A DNA stretch of 61,030 nt, filler included, from Bacteriovoracaceae bacterium (GTDB lineage: Bacteria > Bdellovibrionota > Bacteriovoracia > Bacteriovoracales > Bacteriovoracaceae): NCBI GenBank assembly GCA_018649885.1. It is 5 parts of 5 records of this genome, joined end to end, with 100 filler letters (N's around TTAATTAATTAA, not from the genome) between each part and the next. Parts side by side here need not be neighbours in the genome. Positions count along the whole stretch, not along the records: positions 13,315 to 27,963 come from JABIHA010000050.1; positions 28,064 to 49,824 come from JABIHA010000119.1; 3 more parts are not named here. The stretch is one strand, 5' to 3'. Shown here in pieces: positions 19,603 through 29,121 of the stretch. Every line of letters begins with the position of its first letter. The first letter of the stretch is position 1. Below the pieces are notes generated by a model. The model worked only from the letters and a program-made list of their open reading frames with translations. It was not told the origin of the DNA and made no database searches. The translations under genes were made by a program, and so were the position numbers.

Positions 19603-21014
19603 AATTGCTCCTGAATACAGTTGCCCAAAATTTTAAGACAATTTGTCATGATATCTGCCGGAAGAAAAGAAAAACCGATGACGAATCCATGTAAGTGTCT
19701 TTTTCCGAAAAAAGACTCATTACAAAGATTGATATGAATTCCCCTTTCTTTCATTCTTTCACACAATATATCTAAATCAACCGAGCGAGGTAACTCTAAC
19801 CAAAGACTGGGGCCACCCCCTGGAGTGGTCCATTTTACACCACTAGGCATAAACTCAGCTAAACTCATGATACATGAGGTGTATCTGGCATCAGTTTCTA
19901 GGTGTAACTTTTTAAGGTGCCCATCATAGTGTCCTCTATTTAAAAATTCAAAGAGGCCCACTTCAATCAGCGTGGGATTTCCGAGTGTTGAAGACCACTT
20001 GGCACGAATGAGAGATTTCATCGAGCTCTTATTTCCCAAAAGATAGCCAATACGCAGTGATGGGATTAACTTTTTGGTGAAAGAATTCATATACAGTACA
20101 TTTTCTCCTCCAAGGGATCTCAAGGGAGGCCTAAACCCAGAAAATGAGAGCATATCTGAACCCCAATCATCTTCAATAATGCCAAACCCGTATTGGTTTG
20201 AAAGCTCAATAATTTTTTGCAAATCAGTCGTTGAATATGAGTAACCTGTAGGGTTTTGAAAACTACTGGTGAGATAAACTATGTTTGGGCGATTTTGATC
20301 TAGTACCTTCTCCCACTCTTTGAAATCCACACCTTTAAAGGGGTCAATGGGAAGAGAGCTTACCTTCATATGATTCATTTCAAATAAAGTTTTTCCAATG
20401 GCATAGGCAGGATTTTCGGTGGCAATAGATTTTTCAACACTAGCACGACAAACAACATCCAGTGCCTGTTGTGAGCCAGTTGTAATCAGAACATCATCTG
20501 GACAACAATCGACCCCTCTTTTGTTTAAACGTTTTGAAATTTCCTCTCTAAGAGGAGGATACCCTTAGTGGTCATAAAAGGCCGGAAGACCTGGAGAATT
20601 TAATACAGACTTTAAACACTGGGTAAGCTTTTTCTTAGGAAGTAAGTCAGGGTCGATAAAAATACCACTGATATTAATTAAATTCACAGGAACTGAAGGC
20701 CTTGTTGCAAAATTTGATGCTATTAATTTTGGAAGGCATACTTCACCAAACTGTTTAGTTTTTGCGGTGAAAGAGCTTTCAATATAGTAACCTTTTCTAT
20801 CAATATTTCTAACCAGCCCCCTCGAAACAAGCTCATCATAGGCCTTGGTGACAGTGCTCTTAGAAACACCCAACTGGTGGCCCAAAACTCTCACTGGAGG
20901 CAATTTAGAGTCCTCAGGCAAGCGTCCCTTCTCCACCTCTGTTTCAATATCAGCAGCAATCCCCACCCCACTATAGGGGCCACCTGAAAAACTGATCTTT
21001 ATACACTGCTCCAT
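19599..21014 (-). pseudogene. MocR/GabR (GntR-PLP aminotransferase) regulator with an internal nonsense codon
   Basis: The wHTH ORF (LPPVR.L...LGVSKSTV.KAY.EL) and the aminotransferase ORF (FQNPTG, IIEDD, SFTK...PSLRIG) share one frame, broken only by TAA 20565-20567 in DH*GYPPLR. Confidence 0.9.
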
Positions 21015-21065
21015 ATCCCTTTCCTTTTGACACCTATTTTTCTCACAAAATTGGTCTTAGGACGA

Positions 21066-21096
21066 GGGACAAGGGCAAAATTTTAGCTGGGACAAG
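21066..21096. promoter_or_regulatory. Direct repeat GGGACAAG x2, candidate MocR-family operator
   Basis: 8-mers at 21066 and 21089 upstream of the MocR gene; MocR regulators commonly bind direct repeats. Confidence 0.4.
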
Positions 21097-21102
21097 AGGC
21101 TT

Positions 21103-21591
21103 CTAGTTTAGAAAAAGCAAATTGTAGAACGCTCCACCCTCCCCTTCAAATACAAAAATGCTAGATTCATCCACGTCACCATCTGAATGGGTGAAGCTTA
21201 TGGTTAATTCTTTAGTTGGTGAGATAAATGAAAACGATCCGGTATTATCCATAAGGATGCAAGTTCCAAGCTGAGGATGATTATCGGCAATTATTGAAAA
21301 GTGAACTCTTCCACCTATTGAAAAACTCATTTGAATTGAGGCCGTTACACCTACAATAGAATCTGTATCTTCCGTGCAAGGGGCCATATTAGAAATCTGC
21401 TCATTAGAATAACGAAGATTTTCTACTTTTTCGTAAGGGATTTCGGACCAAATAATACCTGGAGGATTCAAACTATCAAATGCACTCCCAATTTGTGCCA
21501 AGAAGTGTTTTTCCCCAAGATATTTTTGATAGAGATCAAATGAGTCGATGGCCGTTTTCTCTAGCGTAAAAGTAAGAGTCCCATGATCCAT
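21103..21591 (-). CDS. Hypothetical protein, possibly the 3' part of a disrupted gene
   Basis: 162-aa ORF; the frame continues upstream across a single TAA near 21650. Confidence 0.5.
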   Translation of the reverse strand: MDHGTLTFTLEKTAIDSFDLYQKYLGEKHFLAQIGSAFDSLNPPGIIWSEIPYEKVENLRYSNEQISNMAPCTEDTDSIVGVTASIQMSFSIGGRVHFSIIADNHPQLGTCILMDNTGSFSFISPTKELTISFTHSDGDVDESSIFVFEGEGGAFYNLLFLN

Positions 21592-21734
21592 TTCAGCATC
21601 TAACTCATAGGTAGCACCATGGGCAGGTATTTCTGCCGATTAAATATTGATCACCTGATCGCAAAATGAACTCCCTGACACCTGAAAAGCTTTAAAGCAT
21701 TTCGAAATGGTGCAAATGGATATATTATAGAGAG

Positions 21735-23315
21735 ATGAAAAAATCAAAGCATCAACTTTTCACTGAACTTGAAGATAGTTTCAACTGTGGAAATGTAGAG
21801 CAAATAAAAAACCTTGTATCTCAAATCCCAAAAAAAGGGCTGTCCCATAAAGAAAAAATTATCTTGAGTATGGCCTACTCTATAATGGGTGAAGTTAATT
21901 TTGCCATTAAATATCTTGGAAAAGAGCTGCTACTGAATTCAGATCATTTTCAGCTAGAAATTCACGATCTAAAAATACAAACAAGGCTTGCATATGAACT
22001 TCTAAGTACGGGGGCGAGGTACCTATCAAAAAGAATTTTAGACAATGTATTAAACCAAGCACAAAGTGCAAATCTAAATCTCGAAAAATCATTCCCACTT
22101 TACTTTAAGACACTCGCATTTTGGCATTATTATTCTAGAGATTTCGACAAAGCGATCCACCATTACAAATTGTGCCAAGAAATATCAAAAGACCAACAAC
22201 TGGTATATTTATGCAGGCAAATGGAAGCCCTTTGCTGGTATTACAAAGGGAGTCCTGACAAATCACTGGAATTAATCGAGATAAACTTTGGTAAATCTCT
22301 AGAGGACCAGAACCAATTTATCAACTCCATGGCACTTCATTACAGGGCCCTTTTTCATATGGAACTCGGACACTATGAAAAAGCACAAAACCTTTTTAAT
22401 ACTTTCCATCAAACCAACAAACAAGTTGGCACTAAGGACAATGCCTATGCACTCATAGATACAGGGTCTCTTTACTGCTTAATGGAAAATAAGCAAAGCG
22501 CCTGTGATTATTTAGACAAGGCCTTATCGCAACTTGGAAGAGACGGTAATTTATCAAAGACTGTGATTAAATTATTCTACTGGATGTTCAGAAGTAATCA
22601 TGAGGCACTCTTATTCGAAGATCATATCTCTCTTAGATCACACCACTCCTATACCTTTTTTCCATTCACCTTGGGTAAAAACACCTCTTCGGTTGAAAAA
22701 AATCTCATGCCCCGATCTCTTCAAAGTCAATTTATTCAAAGTGAAAATGATAGCTGGTTGCTCTGCGACTCTTCTATTTCGCCATTGGTTTATCAATCAA
22801 AAATTAAACAAATTTTCAGTGAAAAATCAGAGGGTGATTTTCTTGATTTATCGAGCTCATTTCTTTCAATAGATGGAGAAAAATCCCTTCTGTCCATTAA
22901 AGACTCTTCTATCTTGGCGATTATAATTGGTTCGGGATCCCTTGGGATTTCAAGCTACTCTTTAATTGATTTTATCTATAGAGACGATTTGGCCGATATT
23001 GAAAAGGGAGAAGACCTATTAAATAAAGTTATGCGGAGATTTAAAAAATTAGGCATCGCAATTGAAAGGCAAAACAATTTTTACAAATATAAACACTCTC
23101 CTGGAGAAGTCATCATAATACCAATGAATTACAACAAAGTTTGTGATCACGATTTCCTGAAAGGCCACTCAGAAGAACCATTTAGTAGGCAAGAATTGGA
23201 ACTATTGTATGGAGTAAGTGAATCAAAAGCCTCAAGATTAATTAAATCATGGGAAGAGCAAAATATAATTACCAGAACAGGCAAAAGTAAAAACGTCAGA
23301 TATGATTTTGAATAA
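21735..23315 (+). CDS. TPR-repeat protein with C-terminal winged-HTH domain(s), putative regulator
   Basis: TPR-like helices (RDFDKAIHHY, LGHYEKAQNLF, ACDYLDKAL); C-terminal FSRQELELLYGVSESKASRLIKSW....II.RTG..KNVRY. Confidence 0.75.
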   Translation: MKKSKHQLFTELEDSFNCGNVEQIKNLVSQIPKKGLSHKEKIILSMAYSIMGEVNFAIKYLGKELLLNSDHFQLEIHDLKIQTRLAYELLSTGARYLSKRILDNVLNQAQSANLNLEKSFPLYFKTLAFWHYYSRDFDKAIHHYKLCQEISKDQQLVYLCRQMEALCWYYKGSPDKSLELIEINFGKSLEDQNQFINSMALHYRALFHMELGHYEKAQNLFNTFHQTNKQVGTKDNAYALIDTGSLYCLMENKQSACDYLDKALSQLGRDGNLSKTVIKLFYWMFRSNHEALLFEDHISLRSHHSYTFFPFTLGKNTSSVEKNLMPRSLQSQFIQSENDSWLLCDSSISPLVYQSKIKQIFSEKSEGDFLDLSSSFLSIDGEKSLLSIKDSSILAIIIGSGSLGISSYSLIDFIYRDDLADIEKGEDLLNKVMRRFKKLGIAIERQNNFYKYKHSPGEVIIIPMNYNKVCDHDFLKGHSEEPFSRQELELLYGVSESKASRLIKSWEEQNIITRTGKSKNVRYDFE

Positions 23316-23358
23316 AATGCCTAGAGTCAATTTTGGATATCCAATATAGTATAGTCCC

Positions 23359-24217
23359 ATGAGGATGTTATCCCTTTTCTTTTCCATTTTTCTCGCCACG
23401 ATCAGTTTTTGTGATGATGTTGTCCCTACGCCATTACCTGCTTCAGAAGTCAGCTCACCTGATGATTCCAGCGCAGATGGAGGCCTTAAAAAGGGTGATG
23501 GAGATACTGGCGGCGGCGGCGGAGGTGTGCTCCCCGAAGATGCAAGTACAGATACCACCACTAATCCTGGCGATGGCGATACCGGCGGTGGCGGCGAAAA
23601 CGTGGTTGTCCCAGAAGATGCCAGCACAAATACCACCACTATTCCTGGCGATGGCGATACCGGCGGTGGCGGCGGAAACGTGGTTGTCCCAGAAGATGCC
23701 AGTACAGATACCACCACTACTCCTGGCGATGGCGATACCGGCGGTGGTGGAGGAAATGGCGTTATACCAGAAGATGCCAGTACTGACACCGGTGGCGGAC
23801 CAGGCGCAGTAAGAAAAGGAGACGGTGATACTGGCGGCGGCGGCGGCTCAGGAGTCGAGGACTGTCCTCCAGATGAAGAAGGTAAAGTGAAACATTGTGG
23901 GGATCCCCCCCCCCACCACTGATAGTCCTACTACAAAAAGCTCAAGGGTCGATATAGAAGATGTTGGTGAAGATGGTAACCAAGAACTTAAAATTAAATG
24001 TATCAAAGTAGAAGATCTTCAAAAAGTAGTTATTGAAATTGATCTTAAAGGAAGTGGCGTAGTTGATAATATGAAACGCTTTATCTTTGATATTAATACT
24101 TTTTGTGATGAATTACCCACTGTGCCTGGAATCATTGATAACCCACGCTATCAAATAAAAAGCTATGAAGTAGAAGATATAAGTGACTCTGTAGATGAAC
24201 CTACAGTTGAAACCTAG
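23359..24217 (+). CDS. Secreted Gly/Asp/Thr repeat protein, split by a C10 tract
   Basis: Signal peptide; GDGDTGGGG x5; ORFs 23359-23922 and 23897-24217 fuse if the C run at 23905-23914 is 9 long. Confidence 0.72.
23533..23800 (+). repeat. 78-bp coding tandem repeat (~3.5 copies)
   Basis: PEDAST units begin at 23533, 23611, 23689 and 23767. Confidence 0.9.
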
Positions 24218-24351
24218 CTAAGAATTCTCCCCAATCCTCTCGATTTGTAAAATTATTATACAGTGGTCAAAAAAATCCACTTCAAATCTTTCCCATGAAA
24301 ACTTCTAGACAACTTACTACAATATAGGTTCACAGTAACCTGGGGGCGAAG

Positions 24352-24696
24352 ATGGAAAGATTAAATGTGTTTGATTACCATAACTGGCAGAGTTTTCTAA
24401 AAGATCACTACCAATCCAAAAAACAGTCTAATCCAAATTGGAGCTATGAGAACTGGTCAAGATCATTAAACCTAACAGCTTCAAAGTACATGATAAGTCA
24501 TATGCTATCTGGTAGGAGAAGGCCTAGTAAAGTCATTACAGCACAGCTTTGTGGATTTTTCAGATTCTCAGAAGAAGAAAAGAAGTATTTTAAATTTCTT
24601 ATAGATGTGGAAAAGATCGAAATTGATTCCACAATGGCGATGCATCTAATAAGTGAAGTTAAATACCAATTAAATCTACTTTACTCAAATCCTTAA
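24352..24696 (+). CDS. Stand-alone TIGR02147-like N-terminal HTH protein
   Basis: VFDY..WQ.FLKD.Y..KK..NP.WS...W...L......ML.G.R.PS......L..FF..S.EE.KYF..L. Confidence 0.7.
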   Translation: MERLNVFDYHNWQSFLKDHYQSKKQSNPNWSYENWSRSLNLTASKYMISHMLSGRRRPSKVITAQLCGFFRFSEEEKKYFKFLIDVEKIEIDSTMAMHLISEVKYQLNLLYSNP

Positions 24697-24993
24697 TTTA
24701 AACACCGGCGCTTTAACTCTGTCCTAATCACTGACCTTGATGGGACTCAATTGGCATCAAACTCCCCTCAAGAGAGTCTATATCTATAGCTCCTACAACT
24801 CCCTATTTTTACAAATAGTACAATAAAATTCATTGATCTCAGCATCTAAAAAAAGTGAATAAAGTTTAAACACACATGCGATAATTCACTTCAAAACCCT
24901 CCGGTGAAAACTATCAGCTTAAAAACTATACTTAATTTACAAGTTCAAACGCAGTTTTGTTGCCATAAAAATATTAAACGAAAGGATTGGGCC

Positions 24994-25530
24994 ATGAGAG
25001 AAAGTGTTAAAAGGGTTAGAAAAAATATTCATTTTAAAGGAAGTGATAAACTCATTAACACTTTTACTTTGGGGCTGTCACTCGTTGCCTCCATTGTAGT
25101 TTCGCCAGGCCTATTGGCCCAAGGGTATCCATCAAGTTGCGAATTAGTGCTAACTGCACCAATTGATGCTGGCAGCTTTAGGGTGAATAGCAATCAAGCT
25201 AATTCGGCAATTCCTGCAGGAGCATTCGCAAGAATTAGAACTAAGGTTGTTGGCCTTCCCAATAGCGAGTTAAACCAACCTCTTCTTAAAAGCAGAAGCT
25301 ACCTTGTTTCAAGAGATCAGCTTTCGGCGACACTTGACCAGATATTCTCTATTCCCTCTCAAGTTGAAACGCAAACTATTTCTGAACAAGAGGCGATTAA
25401 TCAAGCAATACCTTTATTTACAGATTTAAGAGTTACTATTTTGCAAGGTTTAGGAACAACGATCCCCCAAGACGTTGCACAGAGCATGTTGGAAACACTC
25501 AATATGATTTTTAATAACCTCAGCAATTAG
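24994..25530 (+). CDS. Hypothetical exported protein
   Basis: ORF with hydrophobic N-terminal segment; start chosen after AAGGA. Confidence 0.6.
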   Translation: MRESVKRVRKNIHFKGSDKLINTFTLGLSLVASIVVSPGLLAQGYPSSCELVLTAPIDAGSFRVNSNQANSAIPAGAFARIRTKVVGLPNSELNQPLLKSRSYLVSRDQLSATLDQIFSIPSQVETQTISEQEAINQAIPLFTDLRVTILQGLGTTIPQDVAQSMLETLNMIFNNLSN

Positions 25531-25541
25531 TAATTCATTTT

Positions 25542-25610
25542 GGTTTCAGCGCACCCCTAAAAAGTGCACCAGTCTAATCCCCCTTTCAAGTGCGCTGAAA
25601 CCTTTATTTC
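25542..25610 (+). terminator. Long-loop hairpin, possible terminator
   Basis: Perfect 13-bp inverted repeat ggtttcagcgcac/gtgcgctgaaacc, 35-nt loop, then tttatttc. Confidence 0.5.
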
Positions 25611-25724
25611 TAGAAAAAAATTACCTGAGTTATTGGCCTCCACAGGACAATAATTCTTAGGCCCTGACACCCATTTCGCTGCATCCTTATTTAGGCTAAA
25701 ATTTAAATGAATCTGGGAAGTAAA

Positions 25725-27146
25725 ATGGCCAAAAAAGTATTGATAGCAGCCCCAAGCGACATTGTAAATCTAGCAACATTTCTTAAAGAAAAATCTGTTG
25801 GCTCGCAATATGCCTATTCGGGAAAAGAAGTGCAACTTGAAATCAGTAAAGGAAATTTTAGCGCCCTGACAGTTCACGAAAATATTGCAAAGCATCCTCT
25901 GCCAATGATCTTGAACTACATTCAATCCAATTGTCCTGAATTACCTACAGTTGTTCTAAGTAAAGATGTTGACAATAAAGATATATGTTCACTAGGAGTG
26001 GAAACTTACAAAAATATTCGCTACATTAACAGTGCTTCGCTGTCTGATCCTCCTGAGGTGATATATGGCCTCCTGGACTTAGAGTCTGCATTATTTTCTA
26101 ATGCCAAGGCCACTTCTGATATTGTTTCTGATGAGGAGGATATAAGTAAAGATGATGTGGATTTTTCTAAAATTGCCATTAAAGATTTTATTTCAGGAAA
26201 AGTTGTACAGTTTGATGTTTTTGTTATGCTCTCAAGTGGAAAGTACGTTAAGATCCTTCACACTGGAGACTCTTTCACAAGTGATCGTATTGCTAAATAT
26301 GCCAAAAAAACTGACTCCCTTTACATCCTTAAATCCGATCGAGAAAAATATATTGAATTTTCAAATTATATGCTTGATAAGTTTGCTGACAAACAAGTAC
26401 ATCCTTCCTTGAAAATATCACTTTCAAAGAACTCAATTGAGAAATTCACAGAGTCTTTATTCGACGAAGGAATAAACCCCAAGAGTATACAAAAGGGAAA
26501 GAAAATCTGTGGTTCCATCCACAAATTGATCTCTGCGGACAAGTCCCTTTATAAGTCTTTTAATAAACTCCAAAACATGGATCCCAACGCTTATTCTATC
26601 TCCTACTTGACTGCCTTTTTCTCTAGCATGATTGCCTTCAACTGTGAGCTTAAATCAGCTTCTTCAATAGAAACCATGGCCATGGCCGCGATGTTACTCG
26701 ATATTGGAATGACAGAAATCCCAGATGAAATATCGGGAAAAAAAGCTGCTGAAATGACGCCTGAAGAACATAAAGTCTATGAAACTCATCCCGCTCTTGG
26801 CTCACAACTGGTTGAAAAGACAAATATTATTAGCAACACAATTCCTCAAATAATTATGCAACATCATGAGGCAAGTGATGGTTCGGGTTTTCCAAGAGGC
26901 CTAAAAGACATTAGGCTTCAAATGCTTTCAAAGATTGTTTATATGGCCAATTTCTTTGCTTTCTTTATAGTTGACCGCAACCTCGGACCATTTGATGGCC
27001 TTAAAAAGATAATTTCAGACCCGGATCTACGCGATAAGTTTAATCAACCTATACTAAAAAACTTTATAAAGATTTTTATTGACCCTGAAAAGCTGGCCTC
27101 GCTTGAGACATCGCATTCACAAAGTAACAATGTCAAATCAGCGTAA
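25725..27146 (+). CDS. Degenerate HD-GYP domain protein with a receiver-like N-terminus
   Basis: LLDIG in place of HDIG, HP..G, QHHE..DGSGFP.GL. Confidence 0.85.
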   Translation: MAKKVLIAAPSDIVNLATFLKEKSVGSQYAYSGKEVQLEISKGNFSALTVHENIAKHPLPMILNYIQSNCPELPTVVLSKDVDNKDICSLGVETYKNIRYINSASLSDPPEVIYGLLDLESALFSNAKATSDIVSDEEDISKDDVDFSKIAIKDFISGKVVQFDVFVMLSSGKYVKILHTGDSFTSDRIAKYAKKTDSLYILKSDREKYIEFSNYMLDKFADKQVHPSLKISLSKNSIEKFTESLFDEGINPKSIQKGKKICGSIHKLISADKSLYKSFNKLQNMDPNAYSISYLTAFFSSMIAFNCELKSASSIETMAMAAMLLDIGMTEIPDEISGKKAAEMTPEEHKVYETHPALGSQLVEKTNIISNTIPQIIMQHHEASDGSGFPRGLKDIRLQMLSKIVYMANFFAFFIVDRNLGPFDGLKKIISDPDLRDKFNQPILKNFIKIFIDPEKLASLETSHSQSNNVKSA

Positions 27147-27174
27147 TTGTTTTCGCAGCAGTTTAAAAAATGCA

Positions 27175-27751
27175 CTACTCACGATAAAAGGCCTGCGCTT
27201 TCTTAGTTAGCTCTAATACTAACTCACTTTTTCCAAAGGTATAGGCCTTTCGGTCATTAGGAAACTGCCCCGAAAGCTCTACTTTTAAATCACCATACCT
27301 TTTGGCCTGTTCAGGAAATTCAATCAAAAAGTCCCGAAATAAAAGCCGCTCCCACATTTGAAATGTCAGCCTCAATCATATGGATATGGTGAGTTCTTTT
27401 TCCTAAGGCATCTCTTTTTATAAACCAAGCATACCATGGAGGCTCCATTCCAATTGTAGGGCGCCAAAGATAGTCATAGCCTAAAGACTCTAGTACGGGG
27501 GCAACACGCTCTTTAGTCTCTTCAAGACAGCTCACTTCAACTAATAAATCAACAATTGGCTTTGCAGGAATATCGGGGATTGCAGTTGACCCAAAGTGCT
27601 CAATTCTTTTAACAATTGAGCTGGGAAGAACATTAAAAAGATACTCTTTTTCAAGTTCAAATATTTCTGGGTACTTTGGATTATAAGAACAAAGTGAAGT
27701 ATCTTCTTTACCCAGCCTTGCCACTTTTTCTTCGATTGTCTCATTATTCAT
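27175..27751 (-). pseudogene. GrpB/UPF0157 nucleotidyltransferase, frameshifted
   Basis: IEHFGSTAIP...AKPIVD, THHIHM, then a shift near 27364 into WERLLFRDFL....A.RY..LK..L...DR.AYT.GK. Confidence 0.87.
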
Positions 27752-27963
27752 TTGTTGTCCAATGACCAGTCCCCAATTGCTCATATATCAGCAAGGCCTC
27801 CGTTGAGGGCCCAGAGAGCTTAGAAAATTGAGAAATAGTAAGCATTTTTTCATTCATAAACCTATTATTCACCTGTCCCCTGGGGACAAGTCAATAGCTA
27901 GTGCGCCCAGTCCCTTAGAAAACAACACATCAATGATTTTATGTAATCTAGCCCCCCCCCCCC

Positions 27964-28063
27964 NNNNNNNNNNNNNNNNNNNNNNNNNNNNNNNNNNNNN
28001 NNNNNNNTTAATTAATTAANNNNNNNNNNNNNNNNNNNNNNNNNNNNNNNNNNNNNNNNNNNN
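27964..28063. other. Artificial contig spacer
   Basis: N-TTAATTAATTAA-N. Confidence 0.98.
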
Positions 28064-28203
28064 GTCTTATCATCACAATAAAGCCTTCTTCTATTCACTT
28101 CATTGATGTGCCTCAGGAACTGACGAGTGGAGTATTCTTCTTTTTCATTCCACATTTTAGTGTCTGCTATAAGTCTTTCATCTGATAAATTTTGTAGTGA
28201 CAA
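28064..28203 (-). CDS. N-terminus of a paralogue of the 6938-7729 HNH protein, partial
   Basis: LSDERLI..T.....KE.......LRHI.EVNRRRLY resembles KTIELSKKEKEYT..LL..L..IDTRRLY; same GGGAGGTC RBS. Confidence 0.7.
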
Positions 28204-28349
28204 GGCGACCTCCCAGGTGAAAATAATATATCATTTTGATCACGTTTATTAAATAAAAAGATTCAACTTTGTCCTTTTAGAAAAGCTGTTAAAGCTAATG
28301 CAGCAAGCTCTTTGGAGCTACTCACGATCACCAAATCTCTCAATAAACT

Positions 28350-28930
28350 TCATAAAAAACAAAAAATCAAACACCGCCTGAGTGGAACACATCAAGAGAG
28401 GCAAGCTCCGCCGGAGTGGCCGTAAGGTGCGGCTTCGCGAATACCATCCGTAGAACAACAAACTCTCATCAAAACCTAATAACACCACAAAAACCCAAAC
28501 CTCCCTTTTCTATAAAAGAATTGCTACCACCCAAAACCATTCCAGCTAGAGCGAGACATCAATAAACAATCACACCGCTTAAAAATCTGCGCCTTGATAG
28601 AAGCCCCCATCACCTTACTTACTAAACCCCACAAAATCCCCTAGGGCGTGCAACCCACTCATCAAAAAAACAAACTACCAAAAAACCCTCTTTCTTATAA
28701 GCTTTTGCTACCACCAAAAATAATCCCCACAGAGAGCGAGACATCAATAAACAATCACACCGCTTAAAAGTCTGCGCCTTGATAGAAGCCCCATCACCTT
28801 ACTTACTAAATTCATCAAAATCCCCTAGGGCGTGCAACCCACTCATCTAAAAAACAAACTACCAAAAACCCTCTTCCCTAAAAGCTTTTACTACCACCAA
28901 AAATAATCCCAGCATGGATCAAGACATCAT
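28350..28930. repeat. Non-coding ~185-bp tandem repeat, 2 conserved copies plus 1 degenerate copy
   Basis: agagcgagacatcaataaacaatcacaccgcttaaaa at 28548 and 28733; a third start near 28918 and a degenerate unit at ~28350-28547. Confidence 0.88.
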
Positions 28931-29121
28931 TACAAATTCATACTTCTTTAGGAGGGCCTTTTTTTATGAATAGGCCAAATATGAGATTGATACTTCGATA
29001 GCGACCAAGTGGTTTACAATCACCTAGAAATTGGACCAATTGGTTTATGTTTTTAAGTACTTAAGGTGCCCTAAGCTGTACCACATTTGCATCTTATCTC
29101 CCTAAAGATGGGAGAATCACC

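Noticed and set aside
23247..23812. Pro-rich minus-strand ORF and alternative-frame ORF
   Set aside because: Shadows of the Gly-rich repeat gene, which has the signal peptide
27870..27963. Palindrome tgtcccctggggaca and a terminal C-run as an IS end or ncRNA
   Set aside because: Too short and cut by the contig end to assign
28548..28930. CRISPR array
   Set aside because: Units are ~185 bp and similar along their whole length, with no unique spacers and no cas genes in the window
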